Assembly (NCBI GenBank): GCA_002269645.1
Contig: NIVC01004594.1
Span: forward strand, 1-41,045
Reading direction: 5' to 3'
Source: Macrostomum lignano
Taxonomy: Eukaryota
Length of the DNA stretch: 41,045 nt
Shown here: positions 23,361 through 34,314 of the stretch, piece after piece
Numbering within the stretch: the first letter of the stretch is position 1
Layout: each line of letters opens with the position of its first letter
The notes under the pieces: model-generated
What the model saw: the letters and a program-made list of their open reading frames with translations, nothing else
Database searches by the model: none
Told to the model about the DNA's origin: nothing
Position numbers and translations under genes: made by a program

Positions 23361-24420
23361 GTATCAGACTTGTATCTGTACATGTATTTAGAGGTTCAGC
23401 TTATTTTGACAATATTTCAGAATTGTTAGACTTTGGTTGAAGCCTTGCATTTTTTGGGTATGTACTTGCTGAAAAATACATGCATCTCATATCTGTGCAA
23501 ATTTGCCGCAGTGCATAAAGAGTACAAATGATATTTACATAAATAAATCTGAGGCTTCATGCTAAGTGCTGCATGCAAAGTCATTATATTGAGTTATTTA
23601 TTTACAAGCCAGATTGTTATCATGGTTACCAACCATAGCAGTTGGTTAAAAATGTTAAAACTGAAAAAAGATTGCAACGAAAAATAATGATATGGCTGAT
23701 TTGATGTGAGCTGTTTTATATAGATAGATTTTTATCTCCATGCAAGCCACGCAAGCCAGTCAGTTATTTAGACTGTATTTATGACTTCCAATCGTATTGT
23801 ATCAGTATAGGCCAAGATTGAAAAAAAAGTTGCTCTATAGGGTTGGCTTGAGTGTAATGATCCGTGAGGCATCACTACCACTAGGGGAGCACTGTGAGGA
23901 CTGTTTGACCATAAATTAACTCTTTGCTCATTCAAGCTTGAATTGACAGCAACCCCACCTACCTTTTGGAATATGGCTCGTATGTGAACTCAATAGAAGT
24001 AGAAATCAAAAATAAAAAAACTGCATCAGTTGCCACCCATTCACGATATTTCATATTATTTCTAGATACCAACGAATTGACAACAGCTTGTAGCTTGTAG
24101 CAATGAATAAATTGTTTTTCTATGAAATCTTTCATCAGGCCTGTTCTGCGAATGTGGGTGCAAAAGGTATCTCATATTTGCATTTTAATAGCTTGTATAT
24201 GTAGCTCATATAATATCATGCATAATGATGGGGATGATGAGATGCTGATGAATTACGGAGGCAGAAATGCACTGAGTCACACATACATGCAGTGACTAGC
24301 CCAAGTAAAGGCTGCTTCCTTTGTAAGTGCGACGCAATGAACCCCCCCCCCATCCCAAATTTGAGCGTAAAACAAAGTGTAATATCTGGCAAGAAATGTG
24401 CAAATGGGCAGAAACTAAGA

Positions 24421-24832
24421 AAGTGCGGATTTTTTGGTTTTTTTAACTCGTTATGATCTGAAATGGCAATAAGGTACGGGTGGCATGGATAGATGACAAA
24501 GTTCAAGCAAATTATAGCAATGGGTACAGTATATTAAGTAAGTGCGGATTTTTTTGGCTTTTTTAACTCGTTATGATCTGAAATGGCAATATGGTACGGG
24601 TGGCATGGATAGATGACAAAGTTCAAGCAAATTATAGCAATGGGTGCAGTATATTAAGTAAGTGCGGATTTTTTTGGCTTTTTTAACTCGTTATGATCTG
24701 AAATGGCAATAAGGTATGGGTGGCATGGATAGATGACAAAGTTCAAGCAAATTATAGCAATGGGTGCAGTATATTAAGTAAGTGCGGATTTTTTTGGCTT
24801 TTTTAACTCGTTATGATCTGAAATGGCAATAG
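24421..24832. repeat. 120-bp tandem repeat, about 3.4 near-identical copies
   Basis: Unit AGTGCGGATTTTTTTGGCTTTTTTAACTCGTTATGATCTGAAATGGCAAT...ATATTAAGTA starts at 24422, 24541, 24661 and 24781. Confidence 0.95.
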
Positions 24833-24866
24833 ATGTGGGTGGGCGGCTTGGGTAGTTGATTAGGTT

Positions 24867-26726
24867 TTAAGCCTCCTCATCTGCAGGCTGCTGTACCTGC
24901 CAGACAGGCTGAGTGTGCAGATGGCTGCAGGCCCTTAGAAAGGCCGCAATTGAAAGTGTACTTTCTCTAAGATGTCTGCAATGCGTCTCGAAGGCAGCAT
25001 TCACTCGTGCGTACCTGGCATGCACCTGCTGGTGATGAGTAACAACCTGGCCCCTGTGAACTTGCTGCTGTAGCCGTCGCACCCGTTCAGCATCACGCTG
25101 TAGCAGGTCCAGCAGAAGGTAGAAGTTCAGCGGCTTCTGTCCACGCTTGTTGAGTTGACCATGCCAGGCTTCTACGTCGTTGTTGGTCCTCTTGTACTGC
25201 TCGAAGATGCAGATAGCATCACGGTCCCAGACGGGATGCTGCAGCCAGGTAGTGCGCACATACTCGGCTAGCTGTAGGAGTAGCTTATTACCTATTGCCA
25301 GTTGAATGCAGGCTGCCAGACCATCAAGCATACAAGCGGATGGCAAGCATGGAATCGAGAGAAGCATGCGTACAACCAACTTAACTGCTGGAACAGTGGA
25401 ATACTGCACCTGAAGGCCAAGATTTTGGACATGCCTGAAGACAGCTTGACAATAATGGAAGAAGCAGCCGCAAACTTGCGCACCTGGATATACCAGCCGA
25501 ATTGCTTGCCAAGCAGCAGCTTCAAAGTCACAGGTGAACTTGATTGGCGCATTATCTGTTGACTCCCAAAGGCAACGAAAGCAGGCTTGATAATCAGCTT
25601 GAGCCTTACCGGACATCAAAAAGAAGGCAAGTGGTACCAGCCTTTCTTGCCCATCAAAGCAAATTGCGCCGTGTACACTGTAAAGCTGTTTGAAAGGTGC
25701 CTTGACAATGCTAAAAGTTTCGTCGCACTTCAAGATTCGTCGGGTTGATAATAGTTCTCGCTGAGTTGTTGTCATGAAGACGAAGTGTCGCCTGTTTGTC
25801 TCAGGAACTGTCACATCCTGCAAATGAAACTGGGCAGGTACATGTCTAGGATCAACTTGTAAATGTACGTCAACAGGTTCCATAGGGCGATCTTTTTTGC
25901 AACTGTAATTAGCATTGCGACTCAATGACTCAATACTAAGCACCTCCTGCACTTCAGGTGAAAATTCTCTTACCTTCTCCTCCGCGATAATTCTAGCAGA
26001 GGTAAACAACATGCGCTTTGCTCCCTCCTTTACCTCCTTTGCTGCCTTTCTCTTCTGAGCTGGCCGATCAACTGGATCGCACGTGTGCGGAGCAAGGGCT
26101 TCTATGGTTCCATCAGCACGGCGGACTGCGGAGCCATGACAGTGCAGTGATAAACGCTTAGTGCAGCGATAGTATGTGTTGCCATTTCGCCGCGTTTTTT
26201 CATCCATCAGATAGCCAAGGTCTCGTTGGGCATACTGCACTAGAAGGTCTTTTCCGTGACTGCATCCTGCACCTGTAAGAATCTCAAAGGGCTGGGGAGG
26301 TGGGCTGCGGGGTGGTGCAAGCTCTGCTGGAGGAATTTGAATGGATTCTTCCAGAGCTGGATCAGGGTCATTGAAATCTGGATACTGGTAAAGAAAATTT
26401 TCTGCTTGTGCCAGAATCAAATGCACTGGTTCTGGATTTTCAGCAGGCAGAGGAACAGCCGCTGGTCCAGAATTCGGGGCTTGTACATGTACCACTGCAG
26501 CATCTGCAGCTTGAGACACTGCTAAGTTACCTGCAGGAGCCCGTCTATTGCATTGATTGCAAAGCCAAAAAAACTCACCGACATTTCTCATTGCAGAATA
26601 CTGATTGATCGTGACGCGACTGTCACATGCACGGTGCTGCCAATTCAAGCATTGAGAACACTCAATTGCTTCTTGTCCATCGCAAACTGGCTGCAGACAG
26701 ACCACACATGGATATGCGCCTGCCAT
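24867..26726 (-). CDS. MULE transposase, 619 aa: N-terminal PHD finger, FLYWCH, DDE domain
   Basis: PHD YPCVVC..AIECSQCLNWQHRAC..WLCNQC; FLYWCH-like YYRC..C..HTC; catalytic D (CDETF, 25722-25724), D (TCDFE, 25527-25529), CFFH, E (RTNNDVEAWH, 25170-25172). No stops or frameshifts. Confidence 0.93.
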   Translation of the reverse strand: MAGAYPCVVCLQPVCDGQEAIECSQCLNWQHRACDSRVTINQYSAMRNVGEFFWLCNQCNRRAPAGNLAVSQAADAAVVHVQAPNSGPAAVPLPAENPEPVHLILAQAENFLYQYPDFNDPDPALEESIQIPPAELAPPRSPPPQPFEILTGAGCSHGKDLLVQYAQRDLGYLMDEKTRRNGNTYYRCTKRLSLHCHGSAVRRADGTIEALAPHTCDPVDRPAQKRKAAKEVKEGAKRMLFTSARIIAEEKVREFSPEVQEVLSIESLSRNANYSCKKDRPMEPVDVHLQVDPRHVPAQFHLQDVTVPETNRRHFVFMTTTQRELLSTRRILKCDETFSIVKAPFKQLYSVHGAICFDGQERLVPLAFFLMSGKAQADYQACFRCLWESTDNAPIKFTCDFEAAAWQAIRLVYPGAQVCGCFFHYCQAVFRHVQNLGLQVQYSTVPAVKLVVRMLLSIPCLPSACMLDGLAACIQLAIGNKLLLQLAEYVRTTWLQHPVWDRDAICIFEQYKRTNNDVEAWHGQLNKRGQKPLNFYLLLDLLQRDAERVRRLQQQVHRGQVVTHHQQVHARYARVNAAFETHCRHLRESTLSIAAFLRACSHLHTQPVWQVQQPADEEA

Positions 26727-27549
26727 TTTGTATCTAAGTGCTTAGACTGCTGTCAGTGAATAAGACAGATGAATTTTGAACAGGGCATGAAATTTACCCA
26801 GTTTTTATCCCTTTAAACAAGTAAATTAGTCTCGACCAATAAGAGAAATGGAAAAAAGCTACACCAGATTTTATATGAAGAAGAGATTTGTTTAATATGA
26901 AATATGTTTACACCTCTTAGGGGCCTACTATAAGTAGGAAATTAAGACTCATAACCATTTTTGTCTTTAGCCCTGCAATATACTAATAAAATTTTGACTG
27001 CCTGTCTAAACCCCCACCCCATTGCAACCCCACATCTCCCCACCTGAAGCTATCCAATAGAAAACCAGTTGTCATTCTCCGTGACCCCCACCCCAGCTGT
27101 GGCCATCTTGGTGTGTGGCCATCTTGGTCTTACACCATATTATTAAGTCCACAATTACTGATGGCATTTCGAAGGGCTGGACATCAGCATACAGCTCACC
27201 CAACAACAAATAGGCTAATCTGTAATCATCCAACTCAGCTGCAGGCTATTCGACTGGTATTGGATTTGTATCATCAAGTTGAGCGATGAGCCGAGTGTCA
27301 GGCTGCTCAACTGGTACTGGATTCGCATAATGTATATGCATGATTGAGATTATTTCCCTGGCCTATAAAGACTCATTTAATTTGATTCCTTTGTATTTGA
27401 CTGTATGATTTTGATGGCTCGTTTGATGGTAGTTGAATAAGCCTTAAGTTATACACTGTAAATCGTTTTAATTTGTTGGCAAACAAGAACACGCTGCTCT
27501 ATGAGCTAAGATCCTTGTGCAGCCAATGCAACACAATATGACGATTTAG

Positions 27550-27902
27550 CAGGGTTTTTTTGTGTGCAGAGTGTGCATATGCACCCTAAATTTAAAAATC
27601 GCACCCTGAAATAAAAAAGTAGGTGCGGTTTAGGTGCAGACTTAGATATAACCATTTTTCTTTAAAGGCTTAACCATGCTTAAGCTATTTTTCATGCATT
27701 GCCTTAAAATATGAAACAAAATAACTCTTTAAATCCTATTAAGTCATATAGCCTACGGCTATAGCCTTATGTAAGATATGTCTATACATTCCCAGTTGTC
27801 TAAAACAAGACTCAAGAGAAATTGCATTCTAAGCCTTAAAATCGCACCTTGAAATTTGGCACAAGGTGCGATTTTGCACCTTGTCTCTGGCAAAAAACCC
27901 TA
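27550..27902. mobile_element. hAT-type MITE, 353 bp
   Basis: Termini CAGGGTTTTT / AAAAACCCTA. 8-bp TSD CGATTTAG (27542-27549, 27903-27910). Repeated subterminal AATCGCACC/GGTGCG motifs. Confidence 0.85.
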
Positions 27903-28164
27903 CGATTTAGTGAATGCAGCATTGTCCAATACTAAGATGATGACAATTTAGATAATTTAGTTGTTTTTTCTTGTAAGCCACAGATGACAATCTCAAATAT
28001 GACAACTTCAGCCAAAACCTTTAAAGAAGATATATATAAAATTGAAAAATTAGTTGCCAAGCTACTAATACTAGAATTAAACTTATATCATTGCTTACTT
28101 TTCTGATTTTAGACTATTAGGCTTATTCTCTAGATGGCTAGATGATCAGCCATAGTCTCGAGTA

Positions 28165-28271
28165 TGCACTGTGTATATGAAAATGCATGCTGCACACAGA
28201 GGGGGGAGGCCTGCACTGTGTATATGAAAACATTTCCTGGCCATGCATGCTGCATATAGAGGGGGGAGGCC
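28165..28271. repeat. Two-copy tandem repeat (47-60 bp)
   Basis: TGCACTGTGTATATGAAAA...TGCATGCTGCA.A.AGAGGGGGGAGGCC occurs twice (28165, 28212). Confidence 0.8.
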
Positions 28272-28437
28272 AAGAGGGTAGGTCTGCGCTATATGCCAAT
28301 ATATTAGTGGGGGTCTGCAGTCTGTAGCACACCACACGTGGATAGACCAGGGGGTGACTTTGATAAATATATAATCAAATACCTTCTAGGCTTCATAGCA
28401 TGTCATAATCAGCATGACAATTCATAAGTCATTGTCT

Positions 28438-28540
28438 GTGGTGGCCTCCTGGTTAGACTTGGACTCAGGCTTAGGCTCAGGTTCTAGCACTGGGGGCAGC
28501 CAACAAATGTGCAGTAAATTTAGTAAATTTAATAGTAAAC
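28438..28540 (+). mobile_element. Possible degenerate tRNA-derived SINE head
   Basis: A-box-like GTGGCCTCCTGGTTAGA, B-box-like GGTTCTAGCAC, and a GTAAATTT-type tail. Confidence 0.3.
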
Positions 28541-29807
28541 TTATCCACTTAGACCACTTAGTGCTCTTCTCTCTAGTTTCTTAGACTTTTTGTCCATCAA
28601 AAAATTGAACAAACTACTTTAAACTACATTAAACAAAATATTAAATATGACTAATATGACTAAATATGACTAAATGCTTTCTAGTAACACAAAAAATCGT
28701 ATTTTGTCTAAAGTAAACAATAAAACCTACAAAATTTTAAAATGCTTATATCTTTTCTATTTTAAAACACATTTTCTATTAGCTAGTTTTCGTTTTTTGA
28801 TTTTCTTGTCATTGTTATTATTACTTTTTGAACTTTGAAATGTTGTGTGGCATATGCATTGTGCGATGCATTCCATGCATGCTGTGCGCATCGTGCAGGC
28901 ATGCAGTGTATGCCATGCACATGGCATGTGCCAGTCCCAGACCCAGTTGTGCATAGGAATAACCCCCACAAAACAGCATACTTGGGAGTATAGATGATCA
29001 GTGGTCTCAAGTTAGATTATGCCATCTGCAGAGGTACAAATGGCTTTTGAGTTAATGAACATAAGTTACCCTGCATATTATAACAATAATGATAGCAAAC
29101 ACTCATAGGCTACTAAATTTCAACTAGGATATCTCTACTTAATACCTCATAGACTATCCCATACAGCTTAGAAGTCTAAACACTGGTCAAAATTGACAAA
29201 AGTAAGTTTTTCATTGGAAATACCATATTAGTCAATACTACTAAAAAGGGTCACTGGGTCCTTGGCATGGTAAAGTCAGGTTCTAACTGCTCTGCCATTG
29301 TCATCAAACTGCTAGGCTAATATGTTGCTACCTATTATCTAATAATATGCCCAACTAGGGACAAGAATAATAATGAATAGTTGGCTGGCCTATAAATATT
29401 TGCTAAACCATGCATTTGTCAATCACTTACTCAACTTTATTGACAAGTCATATTGAAGGTATGTGGGCTTATTCCAAAGCCATGTTTTAGCAAATGCATG
29501 GTATTCTAAAGGAGTATTTGAATCATATTTGCAAGAATATCTCTGGAGGTAGCGATTCCCATAGAAAGTTTTTGGCAACTTCCTTTTCTAGGTTGCACAT
29601 CATTACCCTATTTAGCTTACTAGTACCCTCATGTTATAATGTGGCAATTGACTACAACAAAAAATTTAGCTGCTAGTATATGTTAAACTATTAATATAAA
29701 AACTTTGTTTCATATTTTTGGACTCTAAAATATAAGGGAATCAAATTCAAGCAAAAAATAATTCAACAAACAATTCTATTGTATAGTTAGGGGGTATTAT
29801 ATTTAAA

Positions 29808-29963
29808 AGATATCATTTCTAAATTTATTATTTATATTTTCAAATTCTATTATTAGCAATTTATAGTTATAGAAAGTAATATGATATTAGATATCATTTC
29901 TAAATTTATTATTTATATTTTCAAATTCTATTATTAGCAATATATAGTTATAGAAAGTAATAT
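29808..29963. repeat. 81-bp tandem duplication (AT-rich)
   Basis: AGATATCATTTCTAAATTTATT...TAGAAAGTAATAT at 29808 and 29889. Confidence 0.9.
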
Positions 29964-31214
29964 AAACTTTCTTTTTTTGTCTTTTTCAACTTATTGTAAC
30001 CTCACTAGAGTCCTTACTATTATCTTTACCCTAGCCCAATCATAAATAGAAGGGCCTAGGGCTAAAGACAAAGTTTATCAATTATCAATTTGATTAAGAG
30101 TAAGACTAAAGGTGCATAAGATAATAGGATATAGTAAGTACTACTTACTTACTTACTACTGACAGGGGGCGCAGGCGCCGCAAATAGGCTGCAAGGCCCC
30201 TATTGCAACCCTAAGGTAAAAGAGCTAATAAGTACTAATAAATTATGAGTTTCTAAATACAAATAAAAAATGTACACTAGAATCTTCCCTTGATATAAAG
30301 GCAACTTTCTAGACTATGACCTATTATATAATATACATGCCTAACTATTAATGCTAGCAGATTGTGGTCAATTAAGGCTGTCACAAGATTGACTATCTTT
30401 TAAAACCATTTGTTGAATTATATTCTTTTATTGTTAGTGATTTTTATATTTTTAAGTAGTCCAAAAAGCTTAGCTAAATAGGGTCTTTTTTATATTAAAG
30501 CCAAAAAGGTTAAATCAATCAATAGAATAAATATTCTAAGAAATAAATATTCTAATTAACATCCTAAATCTGATGTTAGGATTCAGAATAAAGCAACTTT
30601 GTTTTTATTAAGCAATAGAGCAATGGTAAAGAATTGGTAGTCATGGCTTTTGTCATGGCTTGTGCCAATAATTCATAAGTTAATTAATTTAGTTATTCAT
30701 TAACAAAATAGACAACTATGCTGCTAAAATAAAATTGAGTTGCTTTTGAGTTGAGCTGATATTCAATGTTATCATTCTATATTTAGCTATGTCAACTGTC
30801 ATTTCAATTTGATAAGGAAATTTAATTTCAGCAAGCAGCATTCAATTTTGGCAATTGGATATTAATTTTATACCATAGATAGTAAGGACATTCAACTAAA
30901 CTTGCTCCTGCATATAGATTTCCAATTCAGTTTTGGCATATTGCATTCAATTTTAGCACATATTTGGCATGCCATTTTTTACTGTTCTTTTTCAATCTTT
31001 AATAGCCCTCTACACTTTCATGCTAACAAAAATATTCTTATTGTCCATAGATCTCTATAGCATCTTTATTTAAACAGAGAACATCCTTGAAATTTGTTTC
31101 CAAAAAGTAGAACCTTTATGTATAGAAGTGTATGCTGATTTCTTTTTTGAAAATATAACATACATCCACAACCTCCAAATTTTTAATTTGCACTCGATAG
31201 ATTCAGTCCTCCAA

Positions 31215-31525
31215 CTCTTCCAACCTCCAAAAGATAGATTCAGTTGCCCATGTGACTTAGTTTTAACAAAAAATGCAACAGTTTTTGGCCAAAAATGTGA
31301 CTTACATATAAAAGAAACCCTAAAACAAAATTAATGCAACTTTTGGTAGATAGCAGGAATAATTATGATTGTCTTATTAAGGCAAAATGGCTAATTATCT
31401 ATTTAGTACTACTTGGGGTGGGAATTTTTGCATTTATTTGGGTGGGCATTTTTGCAACTTACCTTGGTTGGCCACTAAATTGGTTGGCTAGATTGGCCAA
31501 CTCGGCTGACTATTGCGCATATATG
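31215..31525 (-). mobile_element. Diverged inverted copy of the 14670-14966 hAT MITE
   Basis: Reverse-complement alignment along the whole length (e.g. GATTGGCCAACTCGGCTGACTATTGCGCATATATG). One terminus is eroded. Confidence 0.8.
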
Positions 31526-32389
31526 ATATATAACAATTAAGATAAGATTTGAAAAAAGTAGAAGATCCCTATTGGAAAAATTGACATTTTCATAGATAGC
31601 CACTAGTGTCCTTCAAAAAGTGTTAGCACGCTTGCTGCGCTAGAATGGCTAAAGGGCTAAAAGGACAGTGCACCAATTCACAAAGATGATAAGAACCCCC
31701 CCCCCCTACTAAGGGCAATACAAGCAAGTGTCTAATAAAGACAGAGGCTATCTTCTTGATGCACACAAGAAAAATATTATGATTATGTCTCTCTAGTGCA
31801 ACTCATTAAATATCAAGAGAGCCACTGTCTATTCTATCTTGCAATTAGGGTAATAGGAAAAGCAAGCCATAGAACAAAATATATAAAGTTTGATATGCAG
31901 ATAATTTTACAATGCACTAAACATTATTCCAAAAAAATAATTGAAATTAAAATTGAATGCAGATCAAAGTTAGTTGTAGTTTATCCTGCTCAATGGTAGA
32001 TAGGTACTTGTAAATAGTAGGCCCTAGTATTATTATATTTGTTATAGTACATAATTATAGCATATATTATTGTATGAATGATATTAATAAATACCATTTA
32101 TCAAGATATACAAGTAATTGATATTGTCAATAGCATAGCCATAGGGGGCCTGGAAAGTCTCAAACCTCCTGAAATCATGCTGAAAATGTTTACTAAGTAT
32201 TTAATCTTTGGTTTAAATTTTAAGCCAAAGTAATGGAGATTTCAAATTTTACCTTTTTTTCTAAAGCATTACATTACTTTATCTAGATCTGCATGATAAT
32301 AAGAATCCAAACCATACCAAGTCACTCTTTTGCCCATAAACAAAGCAAACATTGACTTTATTTTTTTCCATTCTAGCAGCTTTTTAGTC

Positions 32390-33304
32390 ATGTCGCTTGC
32401 ATTTTCACCACCCTCTGCACGGAAGGCTGCGCCGCCCAACACAGCTACAATTCAGCGACTGTTAGATGAAAATGCCCAACTAATTAATGCCATGCTGGAG
32501 TATGAGCAGCGTGGTCGGACTCACGAGATGGCTACTCTACAGCAGACACTTCACAGAAACCTTGTATACCTAGCTACCATTGCTGATTCACACAGTAATA
32601 GTGCATCTGAACAAACAGCTCAAACACCTATGCAGTCACCCATGCAAGGCCCTGGCGCTGTGTTACGTGCTCCAGGGCCAACACCTCAGCCAATGATCAT
32701 GCAGCCACAGCAACAATCACAGCCGGCTATGATGATTCAGCAGCAACCACAGGCAGCCATAATGCAGCAACAGCCGCAGCAAGCTGTCGCTATGCAGCAG
32801 GCTATGGTGCAACAACCACAAGCTATGATGCAGAGACCACAGCAGCCTATGTTGCAACAGCAGCCACCGCCGCCTCGTGCTGCCCAAAATTCTGTTGGTC
32901 ATGTCACTGGATCATCAACTGCTGCAGCAGCTGCTGCTGCTGCATCGGCCGCTGCTGCAGCTGTTAGACAACAGCAGCAGCCTGCAAATTCTGCGTATTT
33001 TCAACAGCAACCAGCGCAAATTATGAGGCCTCCATATGCACCGACTGTTTTCACACCGCAGCAGCAGCCGCCACAGTCATCTATCGCTTATCAAATGCTG
33101 CCACCGCATGCTTCGTCGTCGCAGGTGCAGCCACAACTGCAGCCACCGGTTCCTCCATCGCAGCAACAGCCAACCGCCGCAGCGCCTGTGACCTCGGCTT
33201 CTGAGGCAAGTGCGCAGTCAGCAGCACCGTCGGATGCGTCAGTGACTCCAATTTCCCAGCAGCAAGGGTCCCAGCACGCGAATAAATCAGCTGCCTCGCA
33301 TTGA
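32390..33304 (+). CDS. SS18: SS18/SS18L1 (SSXT/SNH domain) BAF-complex subunit, 304 aa, single coding exon
   Basis: MSLAFSPP...TIQRLLDENAQLINAMLEYEQRGRT.E...QQTLHRNLVYLATIADS is the SSXT domain, followed by a Q/P/A/M-rich low-complexity region. The ATG at 32390 follows a pyrimidine tract and TTTTTAG acceptor, so the track's start at 32330 is probably intronic. Confidence 0.92.
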   Translation: MSLAFSPPSARKAAPPNTATIQRLLDENAQLINAMLEYEQRGRTHEMATLQQTLHRNLVYLATIADSHSNSASEQTAQTPMQSPMQGPGAVLRAPGPTPQPMIMQPQQQSQPAMMIQQQPQAAIMQQQPQQAVAMQQAMVQQPQAMMQRPQQPMLQQQPPPPRAAQNSVGHVTGSSTAAAAAAAASAAAAAVRQQQQPANSAYFQQQPAQIMRPPYAPTVFTPQQQPPQSSIAYQMLPPHASSSQVQPQLQPPVPPSQQQPTAAAPVTSASEASAQSAAPSDASVTPISQQQGSQHANKSAASH

Positions 33305-33650
33305 AGTGCGCCTGGGAAGGTTTTTCCGGCTCTTGACAAAAGCAAAAGGCCAAATATGGTTGCAAGTCGGAACCATTTTTGAAACTGAGTCTGTTTCATT
33401 CAAGTTTAGCCCAAGTGGGAAAGCCAGCTGGAAACTATAGTGGCGTCGGCAAAAAGAGGATGTAAACGTAAGAGTCAAAATAGAGCCCGAAACATTTTGT
33501 TCCTATTTATCTGCGCCAATCTTCATTTGGAGCCAAATAGCTCCCGTTGTGCCTAAAATAGCATTTTAAGTGTTTTTTTCGTCAAGAAGGTAGATTAATC
33601 CCAATAAGGTAATAAGCATATACATCGATGTACAACGAGTTCATAGGTAG

Positions 33651-33656
33651 AATAAA
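33651..33656 (+). terminator. Candidate AATAAA poly(A) signal of SS18
   Basis: Canonical hexamer about 350 nt after the stop. Confidence 0.45.
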
Positions 33657-34314
33657 GCACGCGTTCACAAACATATTGAGAGATAACATAATGGGGACAT
33701 AACATTGCTATCGCTTCTATCCTTCATACAAACATAATTAGAGCGTTTATTATGGCCATCTCGTCTTTTAAACATTTGAAGCTCCAAATGAAGGGATTGG
33801 AGTAGAGAAATCTGGATCCAATGCTTCAGGCTCCATTTTTACTCTTAGTTTACGTCTTCTTTTTAATTCCCTTTATTTTGCATTGTAGATGCAAATGTTT
33901 TGCATCTCTCCAGACATCTATAAACTAACAATTTAGCTAATTTTTCGCAATGTATATCAGATGGAGGCATCCTTGTTTACCGTCAAGTTCAGTAAAAATA
34001 TATATGTTTTAATAATTTGTCCACACGTAGCTTTATTAATTCTAGTTTTTTTCAGTATGTTTTTCCAATACTATTATCCCTCAACTACTGCTAACTTGTA
34101 ATGTATTGCAGTACGAGTGACATTACGAGTGTCCATAGTGTCATTCAATATATTTTTACGCTTCTTAGTCCCAATTTATTTTTTGTCTATTCATTGACCC
34201 CGGTTAAATTGTTTGATTTTTACCCCATAAACCCGTATTTACTTAAAATCTTTTTCCTAACTAAAAGCACTTTTGTCTATCCTTGTGTAAAATAGTCGTA
34301 TCAACTGTAACATA

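Larger units (their letters stand above)
20790..27136 (-). mobile_element. Mutator/MULE DNA transposon, 6347 bp, complete
   Basis: 42-bp TIRs (20790-20831, 27095-27136; 3 mismatches in the outer 7 nt), each with two ACCAAGATGGCCAC repeats. 8-bp TSD ATATTATT (20782-20789, 27137-27144). Encloses a MULE transposase. Confidence 0.9.

Noticed and set aside
24421-24832. CRISPR-like array
   Set aside because: Units are contiguous 120-bp tandem copies with no unique spacers, in eukaryotic DNA with no cas genes.
25292-26759. Alternative-frame ORFs overlapping the MULE transposase
   Set aside because: Short, no motifs, explained by overlap with the real CDS.
32330-32389. Track start (TTG) for the SS18 ORF
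   Set aside because: This stretch is a pyrimidine tract and splice acceptor; homology begins at the ATG at 32390.
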